Origin: Macrostomum lignano
Lineage: Eukaryota
DNA length: 64,000 bases
Assembly: GCA_002269645.1 (NCBI GenBank)
Contig: NIVC01000530.1
Span: forward strand, 460,448 to 524,447
Direction: 5' to 3'
The notes beneath the pieces were generated by a model. It was not told where the DNA came from and ran no database searches. It saw only the letters and a program-made list of their open reading frames with translations. Of the stretch, positions 63,561-64,000 are shown piece after piece. Every line of letters starts with the position of its first letter. Position 1 is the stretch's first letter. A program made the position numbers and the translations under genes.

Positions 63561-64000
63561 ACAGCCTGGGATTGTATGGTTAAAATTTCTTGTATCTGCT
63601 TGCAATGCTAAAGGGATTAAATATTCGAAAAACTGTTTTAAATGGCCTTTTTCAATGCAAATTTATCAGCCAGAAACTTCACTGCCAATTTTAATTGATT
63701 GCGCCAGAGCCAACTGATAAGAAACTCACTCCGCTCCACTTAAAGGGGGCAATAAAAAATTATTCTGGCTGCTGGCAGCCAGCTCTAATTAGCTAGTCCA
63801 ATATACTAAAAATCAAAACTATGTACGCTATAGGAACCTTCGCTTAACTTCACTCTACATGGTCGAAATTTCGTGGGGTTTTCTGGCATTTCGATGCGTA
63901 TTGATGGTGCGCTGGTACACCAAAAATTTTGCTAAGAAATTGCTTTATTTTTTCGGGCTTAAATATTCGAAAAACCGATTTTACCCCGTTTTTTAAAGTT

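Overview
Animal genomic DNA with GT-AG introns and many minisatellites; a flatworm such as Macrostomum is a guess from style only. Host genes, all on the minus strand: an SSUH2-like zinc-finger gene (2632-4274), the 3' part of XPB/ERCC3 (exons at 33084-33708, 14653-15432, 13154-13489) and pyruvate carboxylase (58574-62917). The main feature is a full-length 16.7-kb Polinton/Maverick-type (adintovirus-like) element at 16394-33065. It has ~340-bp near-perfect TIRs, AGT termini and a 6-bp TSD (CAAGCT), and sits 12 nt inside an XPB intron. It carries the expected core genes: pPolB, integrase, ATPase, protease, and major and minor capsid proteins. It also carries its own TATA-binding-protein homolog and a tandem-PC4 protein, and three accessory genes lie behind identical TATATAAG boxes, which suggests an element-encoded Pol II initiation module (inference). 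Its pPolB appears to be spliced. After a 525-N gap comes a ~23-kb array of a 22-bp satellite with ~5.45-kb higher-order structure. Frameshifts hit element and host genes alike and are mostly single-base losses in homopolymers. They look like assembly errors, so the element may be intact. Protein families were assigned by motif recognition, without database searches.
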